In this document: positions 1-10,900 of the stretch, piece after piece
Numbering within the stretch: position 1 is the stretch's first letter
Layout of the letters: every line of letters starts with the position of its first letter
Origin: Macrostomum lignano
Lineage: Eukaryota
Direction of reading: 5' to 3'
Assembly: GCA_002269645.1 (NCBI GenBank)
Contig: NIVC01000051.1
Span: forward strand, 62,001 to 126,000
DNA: 64,000 bases
Made by a program: the position numbers and the translations under genes
The notes under the pieces: generated by a model
What the model was told of the DNA's origin: nothing
The model's database searches: none
What the model saw: the letters and a program-made list of their open reading frames with translations, nothing else

Positions 1-343
1 AAGGCGAGAGAGTCAGACAAGGCGAGAGAGTCAGACAAGGCGCGAGAGTCAGACAAGGCGCGAGAGAGAGTCAGACAAGGCGCGAGAGTCAGAAAAGGCG
101 CGAGAGAGTCAGGCAAGGCGAGAGAGTCAGACAAGGCGAGAGAGTCAGGCAAGGCGAGAGAGTCAGACAAGGCGCGAGAGAGTCAGACAAGGCACGAGAG
201 AGTCAGACAAGGCGCGAGAGAGTCAGACAAGGCACGAGAGAGTCAGACAAGGCGCGAGAAAGTCAGACAAGGCGCGAGAGAGTCAGACAAGGCGCGAGAG
301 AGTCAGACAAGGCGCGAGAGTCAGACAAGGCGCGAGAGTCAGG
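1..343. repeat. Minisatellite, 20-22-bp unit AAGGCGCGAGAGAGTCAGAC (runs off the window)
   Basis: Directly visible tandem units. Confidence 0.9.
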
Positions 344-992
344 CATTAGAGTTGGTCAGTAAATTTTCTCAGCCAATTAGTAACCCTTCCCCACTGTCTG
401 GTGGCCGCTGCTGTGAGAGACACCGGGGGGGGGGGGAGCGGCCCCAGGAAACAGGGGCCGCGCAGCCCCAGCTCAGCGGGAAATTAACCCTCAGCCAGAC
501 AATATCGTGGGAAAAATTCGCCCCTCCGTGCATTCGTAGAAAAGAAGAGGAATTTACACTCTAGTCGCCCTCATTTCCCCTTGCCCACCCACTTGCCGGC
601 TATTCCCGATGATTTAGCCAAAAGAGACAAGAGCAACTGCTTAGCTTAATTGCTGCTTTTAAAAAGGCTATAGCTAGGCTAGTTAGTGAGTTATCAAAAC
701 TGCATAAGCTAAATAGTTTGAAGAAGGCACCAGGCGAGTCAGTTTAATTAAGGCAGTTCTTGACCGCGGGTTTCGACATTATCGATACTGCGAAATATTT
801 TAGCTAATTGCTAACAGGCATTGGCAGCACTGTCGCTAGCAGGAATGTCGGTCTACTGGGGGGGGGGGGGTAATGAGGCTTATCTAACAACTTGTAAAGC
901 TCCCTCTTTAAGGGTTAACCAGCTATTTATTGTCTGGCACTAACTGTCAATCACGGTCTTTGTTGGTTTGGGTATCACACAGACTTTATTTT

Positions 993-1760
993 TCAGTCAG
1001 TCAGTCAGTCAGTCAGTCAGTCAGTCAGTCAGTCAGTCAGTCAGTCAGTCAGTCAGTCAGTCAGTCAGTCAGTCAGTCAGTCAGTCAGTCAGTCAGTCAG
1101 TCAGTCAGTCAGTCAGTCAGTCAGTCAGTCAGTCAGTCAGTCAGTCAGTCAGTCAGTCAGTCAGTCAGTCAGTCAGTCAGTCAGTCAGTCAGTCAGTCAG
1201 TCAGTCAGTCAGTCAGTCAGTCAGTCAGTCAGTCAGTCAGTCAGTCAGTCAGTCAGTCAGTCAGTCAGTCAGTCAGTCAGTCAGTCAGTCAGTCAGTCAG
1301 TCAGTCAGTCAGTCAGTCAGTCAGTCAGTCAGTCAGTCAGTCAGTCAGTCAGTCAGTCAGTCAGTCAGTCAGTCAGTCAGTCAGTCAGTCAGTCAGTCAG
1401 TCAGTCAGTCAGTCAGTCAGTCAGTCAGTCAGTCAGTCAGTCAGTCAGTCAGTCAGTCAGTCAGTCAGTCAGTCAGTCAGTCAGTCAGTCAGTCAGTCAG
1501 TCAGTCAGTCAGTCAGTCAGTCAGTCAGTCAGTCAGTCAGTCAGTCAGTCAGTCAGTCAGTCAGTCAGTCAGTCAGTCAGTCAGTCAGTCAGTCAGTCAG
1601 TCAGTCAGTCAGTCAGTCAGTCAGTCAGTCAGTCAGTCAGTCAGTCAGTCAGTCAGTCAGTCAGTCAGTCAGTCAGTCAGTCAGTCAGTCAGTCAGTCAG
1701 TCAGTCAGTCAGTCAGTCAGTCAGTCAGTCAGTCAGTCAGTCAGTCAGTCAGTCAGTCAG
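993..1760. repeat. Pure (TCAG)n microsatellite, about 190 units
   Basis: Uninterrupted 4-bp repeat; it produces the spurious SQSV ORFs. Confidence 0.98.
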
Positions 1761-2167
1761 GATGGTCCGCAAGGGCACTGGGGACCTTTCACATGGCGGT
1801 CCGGCCAGTTGTCTCTTTCCCTTAGTCTAATCAGAGAAATAATTTTAATTGCCGCAAAGCGCCTATAACTTTCGGCTTTATTCGATCTCTTTCAAAGGCA
1901 GCGCAGCGCGAATGTCAGTGTGTGTGCGCCAATGTGTGTGTTGTGCGGAACACAAAGCGGATCCCAGAAGCTGCCACGCAGACCGCTTATAGCCTGGGAT
2001 TCGGCGTTGATAAGGTGAGAGAAAGTGGTCAGCAGTGAGGTGATTCAGTTGAACCGGGCACAGGGACCTCCGATTTAAATTATTGGACTGGAAACCCATG
2101 CCAGCAATTGAGGCATTGGAAATATCAGTGAGCGATATGGGAGCATATTTTAGTACTATAATTTCAA

Positions 2168-2877
2168 CTCTAAGCTTCATCACCAACCCTAAGCTTCATC
2201 ACCAAACCTAAGCTTCATCACCAACCCTAAGCTTCATCACCAACCCTAAGCTTCATCACCAACCCTAAGCTTCATCACCAACCCTAAGCTTCATCACCAA
2301 CCCTAAGCTTCATCACCAACCCTAAGCTTCATCACCAACCCTAAGCTTCATCACCAACCCTAAGCTTCATCGCCAACCCTAAGCTTCATCACCAAACCTA
2401 AGCTTCATCACCAACCCTAAGCTTCATCACCAACCCTAAGCTTCATCACCAACCCTAAGCTTCATCACCAACCCTAAGCTTCATCACCAACCCTAAGCTT
2501 CATCACCAAACCTAAACTTCATCACCAACCCTAAGCTTCATCACCAACCCTAAGCTTCATCACCAAACCTAAGCTTCATCACCAACCCTAAGCTTCATCA
2601 CCAACCCTAAGCTTCATCACCAACCCTAAGCTTCATCACCAACCCTAAGCTTCATCACCAAACCTAAGCTTCATCACCAAACCTAAACTTCATCACCAAC
2701 CCTAAGCTGATCATCACCAACCCTAAGCTTCATCACCAACCCTAAGCTTCATCACCAACCCTAAGCTTCATCACCAACCCTAAGCTTCATCACCAAACCT
2801 AAGCTTCATCACCAAACCTAAACTTCATCACCAACCCTAAGCTGATCATCACCAACCCTAAGCTTCATCACCAACCC
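2168..2877. repeat. 19-bp minisatellite CCCTAAGCTTCATCACCAA
   Basis: About 37 tandem units. Confidence 0.95.
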
Positions 2878-3479
2878 GTAGCTTCTTCAATTTCTCCAAT
2901 TTCCCCAATCTGAATTCCCAGTCCAGGTAAAGCCACCGATGGTCCATGGACATTGCCGGAACCAAAAGTTTGCTTATTACCGGGGCTGCCTTATCTCTCT
3001 TTACCTTGATGCCGAATTGAGGCAAAGCTTCCCAGGAGCTATAAAATGCTATAGGTTCCGCAGCCTCGCATGGGCCCATGACTAGCGAATCTGTTATATC
3101 GTATAGACATAAAAGATTTTGCCGACAAAATCGCATGAAAACTCCTAACTATCTAAGCTAGCGCGGCCCAATTTGCTGTTGAAATTTCCCAGATCTCCTA
3201 ATATAAATGGGGGGGGGGGCAGGTCTATCAAATGTCGGCAGGTAGAAGGTAGTGTGTGTAAGCTGATCAGGCTAATGTGCACCGTTTGGGTGAATGAATG
3301 ACATTCAAAATTATAACCCCAATCAGATTTGAAACTGCCTGCTAGTAAGAAGATACTTCCTATATACTAAAAATGTATGCACTAAGATTAGAAATTCTAC
3401 TGGTCAAAATGTGGACAATAAACTAGAAATAAAAGAGATTCGGATGAGATAGAACACGACTCTCATAGAGTTTGGATGG

Positions 3480-4065
3480 AGATGGAGAGGAGATGAAGAG
3501 GGAGAGATGGAGAGGAGTGAGATGGAGAGGGGTGAGATGAAGAGGGGTGAGATGGAGAGGGGTGAGATGAAGAGGGGTGAGATGAAGAGGGGTGAGATGG
3601 AGAGGGGTGAGATGGAGAGGGGTGAGATGGAGAGGGGTGAGATGAAGATGAATGAGACGGAGAGGAGTCAGATGGAGAAGGGTGAGATGGAGTGGGTAAT
3701 ATGTTAAGGGGTGAGATGGAGAGGGGTGAGATGCTAAGGGGTGAGATGTTAAGGGGTGAGATGGAGAGGGGTGAGATGTTAAGGGGTGAGATGTTAAGGG
3801 GTGAGATGTTAAGGGGTGAGATGTTAAGGGGTGAGATGTTAAGGGGTGAGATGTTAAGGGGTGAGATGTTAAGGGGTGAGATGTTAAGGGGTGAGATGTT
3901 AAGGGGTGAGATGTTAAGGGGTGAGATGTTAAGGGGTGAGATGTTAAGGGGTGAGATGTTAAGGGGTGAGATGTTAAAGGGTGAGATGTTAAGGGGTGAG
4001 ATGGAGAGGGGTGAGATGTTAAGGGGTGAGATGGAGAGGGGTGAGATGTTAAGGGGTGAGATGGA
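3480..4065. repeat. 15-bp G-rich minisatellite (GAGGGGTGAGATGGA / TAAGGGGTGAGATGT)
   Basis: Two unit variants arranged in blocks. Confidence 0.93.
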
Positions 4066-4554
4066 AAGCAAGAGCACAGGAAGCTACAGAGAAGGGCAAT
4101 TACAGACTGCAGGCAGTTTCCTATTGATAAATTGAACTCGGAGTTGAAGGCCATAGCTCACAGTCTCAAATTATAGTTGTTGGCATTTTCTCCAGCCGCC
4201 CGCCGTCTAAGTAATTCCCAAAGAGATTTACGACAAACTGACTGGCCGAGCGCGAAGATTAGGGGATGGGAATGCGGGATATTTCTGGCAGAAAATGGAT
4301 TAGCTGTGGGCTGCGCCAGCCATTGGGAGGAAGAGGCCAATTATTATTCAAGCGAGCTTTGAGCTTCTCAACACCCCCGCACAACTGCTCAAACCCCTTG
4401 CACCTGGGTCTCGGGGCTCATCAGTCGAGTCCGGCGCAGGGACCACTGGGATATCTTGGACTGGAAAGCATCGGCAAAATCGCAACAACCACAAAAATTA
4501 GACAAAACAATTAAGGCAAGCAGAGCAACCGGATAACGCGAGCTCTTAAAAAAT

Positions 4555-5585
4555 CTCACACTCAGAATACCCAACCTTCAAAATCCCATCCTCAAAACCC
4601 TGCACCTTCAAAATCCCATCCTCAAAACCCTGCACCTTCAAAATCCCATCCTCAAAACCCTTCACCTTCAAAATCCCATCCTCAAAACCCTGCACCTTCA
4701 AAATCCCATCCTCAAAACCCTGCACCTTCAAAATCCCATCCTCAAAACCCTGCACCTTCAAAATCCCATCCTCAAAACCCTGCACCTTAAAAATCCCACT
4801 CTCAAAACCCTGCACCTAAAAAATCTCACCCTCAAAACCCTGCACCTTCAAGTCTCACCCTCAAAACCCTGCACCTTCAAGTCTCACCCTCAAAATCTCA
4901 CTCTCAAAACCCTGCACCTTAAAAATCTCACTCTCAAAACCCTGCACCTTCAAAATCTCACTCTCAAAACCCTGCACCTAAAAAATCTCACCCTCAAAAC
5001 CCTGCACCTTAAAAATCTCACTCTCAAAACCCTGCACCTTCAAGTCTCACTCTCAAAATCTCACTCTCAAAACCCTGCACCTTAAAAATCTCACTCTCAA
5101 AACCCTGCACCTTCAAGTCTCACTCTCAAAATCTCACTCTCAAAACCCTGCACCTTAAAAATCTCACTCTCAAAACCCTGCACCTTCAAGTCTCACCCTC
5201 AAAACTAGGTACCTTCAAAATCTCATCCCCAAAACCCTGCACCTTCAAAATCCCATCCTCAAAACCCTGCACCTTCAAAATCCCATCCTCAAAACCCTGC
5301 ACCTTCAAAATCCCATCCTCAAAACCCTGCACCTTCAAAATCCCATCCTCAAAACCCTGCACCTTCAAGTCTCACCCTCAAAATCTCACTCTCAAAACCC
5401 TGCACCTTCAAGTCTCACCCTCAAAATCTCACTCTCAAAACCCTGCACCTTAAAAATCTCACTCTCAAAACCCTGCACCTTCAAGTCTCACCCTCAAAAC
5501 TAGGCACCTTCAAAATCTCATCCCCAAAACCCTGCACTTTCAAAATCTCATCTTCAAGACCTGCACCTTCAAAATCTCACCCTCA
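4555..5585. repeat. ~30-bp minisatellite CCTTCAAAATCCCATCCTCAAAACCCTGCA with variant blocks
   Basis: Tandem units; two similar super-blocks. Confidence 0.93.
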
Positions 5586-6296
5586 AATGCGTTAATTATT
5601 AAGTTTGCTTTTAAAAAATTTCCATTAAAATCAATCTGGCAGGCCATCGAGGCAGCCAGTCCAAGTCTTCAAAGAGGTCCCTGTGCAGAGTCAGTCGGTA
5701 GCATCTGCAGCTGTTCATCTCACCCATCAGCCTCCCCTTCCCGGATATTGCGGGTTGACCGTATCCCACCCATCCCGTTCCTTGGCGGGTGGATTATTAC
5801 TATTATTACAGCTTAACGACTCTCCGCTGCTCAATTTTCTATAAAGCCTCGAATTTGGGGGGGGGAAGATTTACCGTAGGGATATTTATCCCCACAGTCG
5901 GGACAGTTCTTGGAATTGAAATTTTTTTGTCATTTATAAGCTCGAATTGGCTGGTTAATAATAAAGATAAGGATTTTCAGTCACGTGACCAAAACCGGAT
6001 ATTCTCACCTGGCCTGGGTTATATAATTAATTATCCTTCTGGCCATTCCGTTTGACCGCCGCAATTCTGTGTTCGGGGGTGTTGGCGCGTGAAAATCCTC
6101 TTTGTATGAGGCACGTGTCTCCCGGTCCCGTCCCTGCCCCCACTTGTATCTAAACTCAAATTTTAAACCGACTCCAGCCAAAATGAGCAGTCAATTAAAT
6201 GTATGAAAATTCCATAATCTCTTTGTTTGAAATTCGAGCTACTCGTAAATGTAGTGTCACCCAATGTCCTTCATCTGGAGGCTCGCGAATTCGCTA

Positions 6297-7250
6297 AATC
6301 TCCCAGTCTCTCCCAATCTCTCCGCAATTCTTCTAATCTCCTCAATTCTCCCAATCTCCACAATTCTCCCAATCTCTCCTCAACTCTCCCAATCTCTCCG
6401 CAATTCTCCCAATCTCTCCTCAACTCTCCCAATCTCTCCGCAATTCTCCCAATCTCTCCACAATTCTCCCAATCTCTCAACTCTCCCAATCTCTCCACAA
6501 TTCTCCCAATCTCTCCTCAACTCTCCCAATCTCTCCGCAATTTTACCAATCTCTCCACAATTCTCCCAATCCCCACAATTCCCCTAATTCTCCCAATCTC
6601 TCCTCAATTCTCACAATCTCTCCTCAATTCTCCCAATCCCCACAATTCCCCTAATTCTCCCAATCTCTCCTCAATTCTCACAATCTCTCCTCAATTCTCC
6701 CAATCCCCACAATTCCCCTAATTCTCCCAATCTCTCCTCAACTCTCCCAATCTCCGCAATTCTCTCGATCTCCGCAATTCTCTCGATCTCCGCAATTCTC
6801 CCAATCTCCGCAATTCTCTCGATCTCCGCAACTCTCCCAATCTCTGCAATTCTCTCGATCTCCGCAATTCTCCCAATCTCCGCAATTCTCCCAATCTCCG
6901 CAATTCTCCCAATCTCCGCAACTCTCCCAATCTCCGCAATTCTTCCGATCTCCGCAATTCTCCCAATCTCCGCGAGTTCCCCAATCTCTCTGGCAATTCT
7001 CCCAATCTCCACAATTCTCCTTAATTCTCAGAATCCCCATAATTCTCTCAGTTCTCCTAATCTCCGCAATTCTCCCAATCTCCGCAACTCTCCCAATCTC
7101 CGCAATTCTTTCGATCTCCGCAATTCTCCCAATCTCCGCAAGTTCCCCAATCTTTCTGGCAATTCTCCCAATCCCCACAATTCTCAATTCTCCTGAATTA
7201 TAAAACTAACCAATTGCTCAAATCTCCCCAATCTTCCCCATAATCATTAT
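6297..7250. repeat. Degenerate C/T-rich minisatellite (CTCCCAATCTCCGCAATT-like)
   Basis: 18-21-bp degenerate units. Confidence 0.88.
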
Positions 7251-7969
7251 TGACATCTTCCTAATAATTCTACTAATCTCTTAAATATTCCGAGTCTTTT
7301 CGATTCTTAATATTTTCAATAAGCTAATCTCCCAGATATTGCTAATCTGCCAAATTCACTCCCCCAAAATCTGCAGATAACTCTGCAACGAAAGCAAGCA
7401 AGACAAATAAATAAGCGGAGCCAAAATGCGTTTTTCTTCCAAAAGAATAAAATTCGAAACAAAGACCGAAAACGCGCACACACTACGGTGACGAATATAC
7501 TTTATGGGCAGCTTATAAAAACCATATTTTTCATATAGAAGAACAGAAAAAAAAGCCGGAAAATATGAGCGCCAATAAACTAATTGAATTTTCCACAACA
7601 ATTATAATTAATTGACAGAAAATTAAAACATGCGTCACAATATTATAAAATTAGAAACACGAAAACGGATTGGTTGGTTAGACCAAAAATTGGCTGAATG
7701 GTGATTTTTGCTAAAAAAAATATAAAAACATTGAGCTACTTGATTGGTATGGCAATAAGGACAGGGTTTATAAAAAATTGTTGAAACAGATTTACCTGTT
7801 GTTTCTGTTTAATTAAACAAACGCACAACAAATGCAGCAACTGCGAATGCAAAAAGTTGATAAAATATGATGACGCAATTGTCGAGAGAGAAAATGCTTA
7901 GAATTTCAAACATTGGCACGCAAACTGCGCGCTAAACTTTTATTATTGGCCGATGTTTTTCAAACCATG

Positions 7970-10900
7970 TCAGTCTTCGATGGCTTTAACAAAAATTTCA
8001 GAGTAAGGCTGCTTCTGACGCAGATGAACTCGACGCTGTTTGGCCAACTCTGTGCGCAAAACAATAAGTAAAACTGTTTGTGCCTTGATTTGCTACAAAT
8101 GCTGACTTAAGTAGACATGCAAGGAAAAAGTTTACAAAACAGAGAGACTGGGTGAAAGGGGAGACTCGGAGAATTAAGGAGATTGGGAAGAATAAGAGAA
8201 TGGGAAGATTGGGAGAATGGGAAGAATAAGAGAATGGGAAGAATAGGAGAATGGGAAGAATAAGAGAATGGGAAGAAACGGAGAATCGGAGGACTGGGAG
8301 AATGAGAAGATTGGAAGAATGGGAAGAATAGGAGAATTGGAAGAATAGGAGAATGGGAAGAATAGGAGAATGGGAAGATTGGGAGAATTGAGGGTAGAGA
8401 GAATCGAGGAGATGGGGATAATGGGGAGTTTAGGAGAATTGAGAATTGGGAGATCTGGAAGTTTGAGACGGTGAGACTTTAAGAGGAAAAATGAATAAAT
8501 CAGAAATGAATAAAACAAGTCTCACCAAGCAGGCCGGCAAAAGCTCTGGCAGCCTCTTTCTTTGTAGCGCCATTGGGCGGGCACAGCGACGCGAACGGCC
8601 GATAGTCGTCGCCAATCTCGCTGCCGCTGTCAGCCTGTTGCTGTTGAGACCGGCGAATTCCCTCCATCAACAGCTCCTGGTCTTGCGAAAGCGGTGGTCT
8701 GCAATCGAATTAAGTACATGCTGCACTTTGCCAAAGTTAAAGAATTAATTAATAAACTGCTTTGCTGTTTTAAATACTCAAATAGCCGCCCTCAGACCCG
8801 GCTGTTAAAAAAAAACAGTCCAGGCTTGTTAAAAATTTCACCCCATCTGATCTCAAGCCAATCTTCGATTATTAATTAACCGTAGATTGACGAAATCATA
8901 ACTAATTGGGACGCACTCCGATTTCATCAGTGGGCGGTTAAGTTATTTAAAAAAACGCCATTTTTCTACAGATAGGTCAATCCAATCTACAGATTGGTCA
9001 ATCTAATCTACAGACTGGTCAATCCAATCTACAGATTGGTCAATCCAATCTACAGATTGGTCAATCCAATCTACAGATTGGTCAATCCAATCTACAGATT
9101 GGTCAATCCAATCTAAATATTGGCCTAAAAATTACGAACCTTTCGGCTACAAACGAAGCGAAAACCTCTTCCGGTGGTGGTGGCGGTTGCAGAAAAAACT
9201 CTTCAAAAGCAGGCGGTGCCGGCTGTTGAGCGGGTGGCGTCATCATTGGCGGCTCTGGCTGCTGCTGCTGAGGCTCTGGTTCCGGCGGCTGCTGATGCGG
9301 CTGCTCAGCTTCCGGTGGCACGGCTTCCGACTGAATAACGGTGGGTACCTGGACGCGTTCCTCGCTAATTCGGGGCAGATTCTGACCGGACTGCATGGAT
9401 ATTGTGGACATGTTGAGGCCCGAGAGCCGGGCACTGAGTCGGCCGCCAGCGGACAGTCGGGGCAGCTCATAATCAAGCAGTTCCTAGTATAGGGAATAGT
9501 TGAATGAAAGCTTGAGAATGTATAGACTAATTATAACCTCGACCGAGATGTCAACGTAACTTTCAATTAGACTCAGAACTTGCTCATTAGATCCCAGATT
9601 CCAATATCCCACTCCAACAACCCCAAACTCTTTCACTCAATCCCCAATATCCCAACTCAAATATCCCCAACATCCCAATTCACATATCCCCAACATCCCA
9701 ACTCAAAAATCACCAAGATAACAACTCAAATATCCCCAATATCCCAACTCAAAGATCCCCAATATCCCAGCTCAAAGATCCCCAATATCCCAACTCAGAT
9801 CCCCAATATCCCAACTCAAAGATCCCCAATATCCCAACTCAGATCTCCAATATCCCAACTCAAAGATCCCCAATATCCCAACTAAAAATCCCCAATATCC
9901 TAACTCAAAGATCCCCAATATCCTAACTCAAAGATCCCCAATATCCCAACTTAAATATCCCCAATATCCCAGCTCAAAGATCCCCAATATCCCAACCCAA
10001 AGATCCCCAATATCCCAACTAAAAATCCCCAATATCCTAACCCAAAGATCCCCAATATCCCAACTAAAAATCCCCAATATCCTAACTCAAAGATCCCCAA
10101 TATCCCAACTTAAATATCCCCAATATCCCAACTTGAATATCCCCAATATCCCAACTCAAATATCCCCAATATCCCAACTCAAATATCCCCAATATCCCAA
10201 CTCAAATATCCCCAATATCCCAACTCAAAGATCCTCAATATCCCAACTCAAAGATCCTCTATATCCTATGCGCAGACCCCAACAGCTGCGGCACTCACAG
10301 GCGGCACATAGTGAGCACTCTCCTCTCGTTTATGCTCCCAGACTCGAAGCAGTTTATCGCTCATTGGTTGCCGACCAGGCCGCAGCAGCAAGCCGGCCGC
10401 ATCAACAGTAGACAAAGCCAGAGCTCTCGGACCTTTAGTTGGCGGCGGCAGAGTCAACGGTTTCATCAGCTCGTCGCCGTGATCCATATTCCAGCGCAGC
10501 CGGCGGCTATTGTACTCGGTTAGGCCGTCAACAATGAGTAGGCGAGGTTTGGCGTGACGAGGCTGATGAGGCTGCGGCTGTTGCTGCTGCTGTCTGCGAG
10601 GCTGCAGCGGCTGCATTTCAAATTGCAGCACCGGAAAAGCTGGCGGCGGTAGCGGTGGCGGCGGCGGCGGCGGCGAAGTGCGCGGCGGCTGCTGGTCAGC
10701 TGGAGGCTGCATCGGTGGCGGCGACTGGCGATCGGCGGCGCTGGGGTGAGAGGAGACAATTTTCTCATTCAGAGATTCAGTGAAATCTCACCCGGAAATT
10801 CAGTAGAATCTCACCCAGAGATTCAGTAGAATCTCACCCAGAGATTCAGTAGAATCTCACCCAGAGATTCAGTAGAATCTCACCCAGAGATTCAGTAGAA

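Noticed and set aside
930-1868. Long SQSV-repeat ORFs
   Set aside because: Translations of a pure (TCAG)n tract with no stop codon on that strand.
2168-2877. CRISPR array or telomere
   Set aside because: Head-to-tail units without unique spacers in a eukaryotic context; CCCTAA is only part of a 19-bp unit. The same applies to the other arrays.
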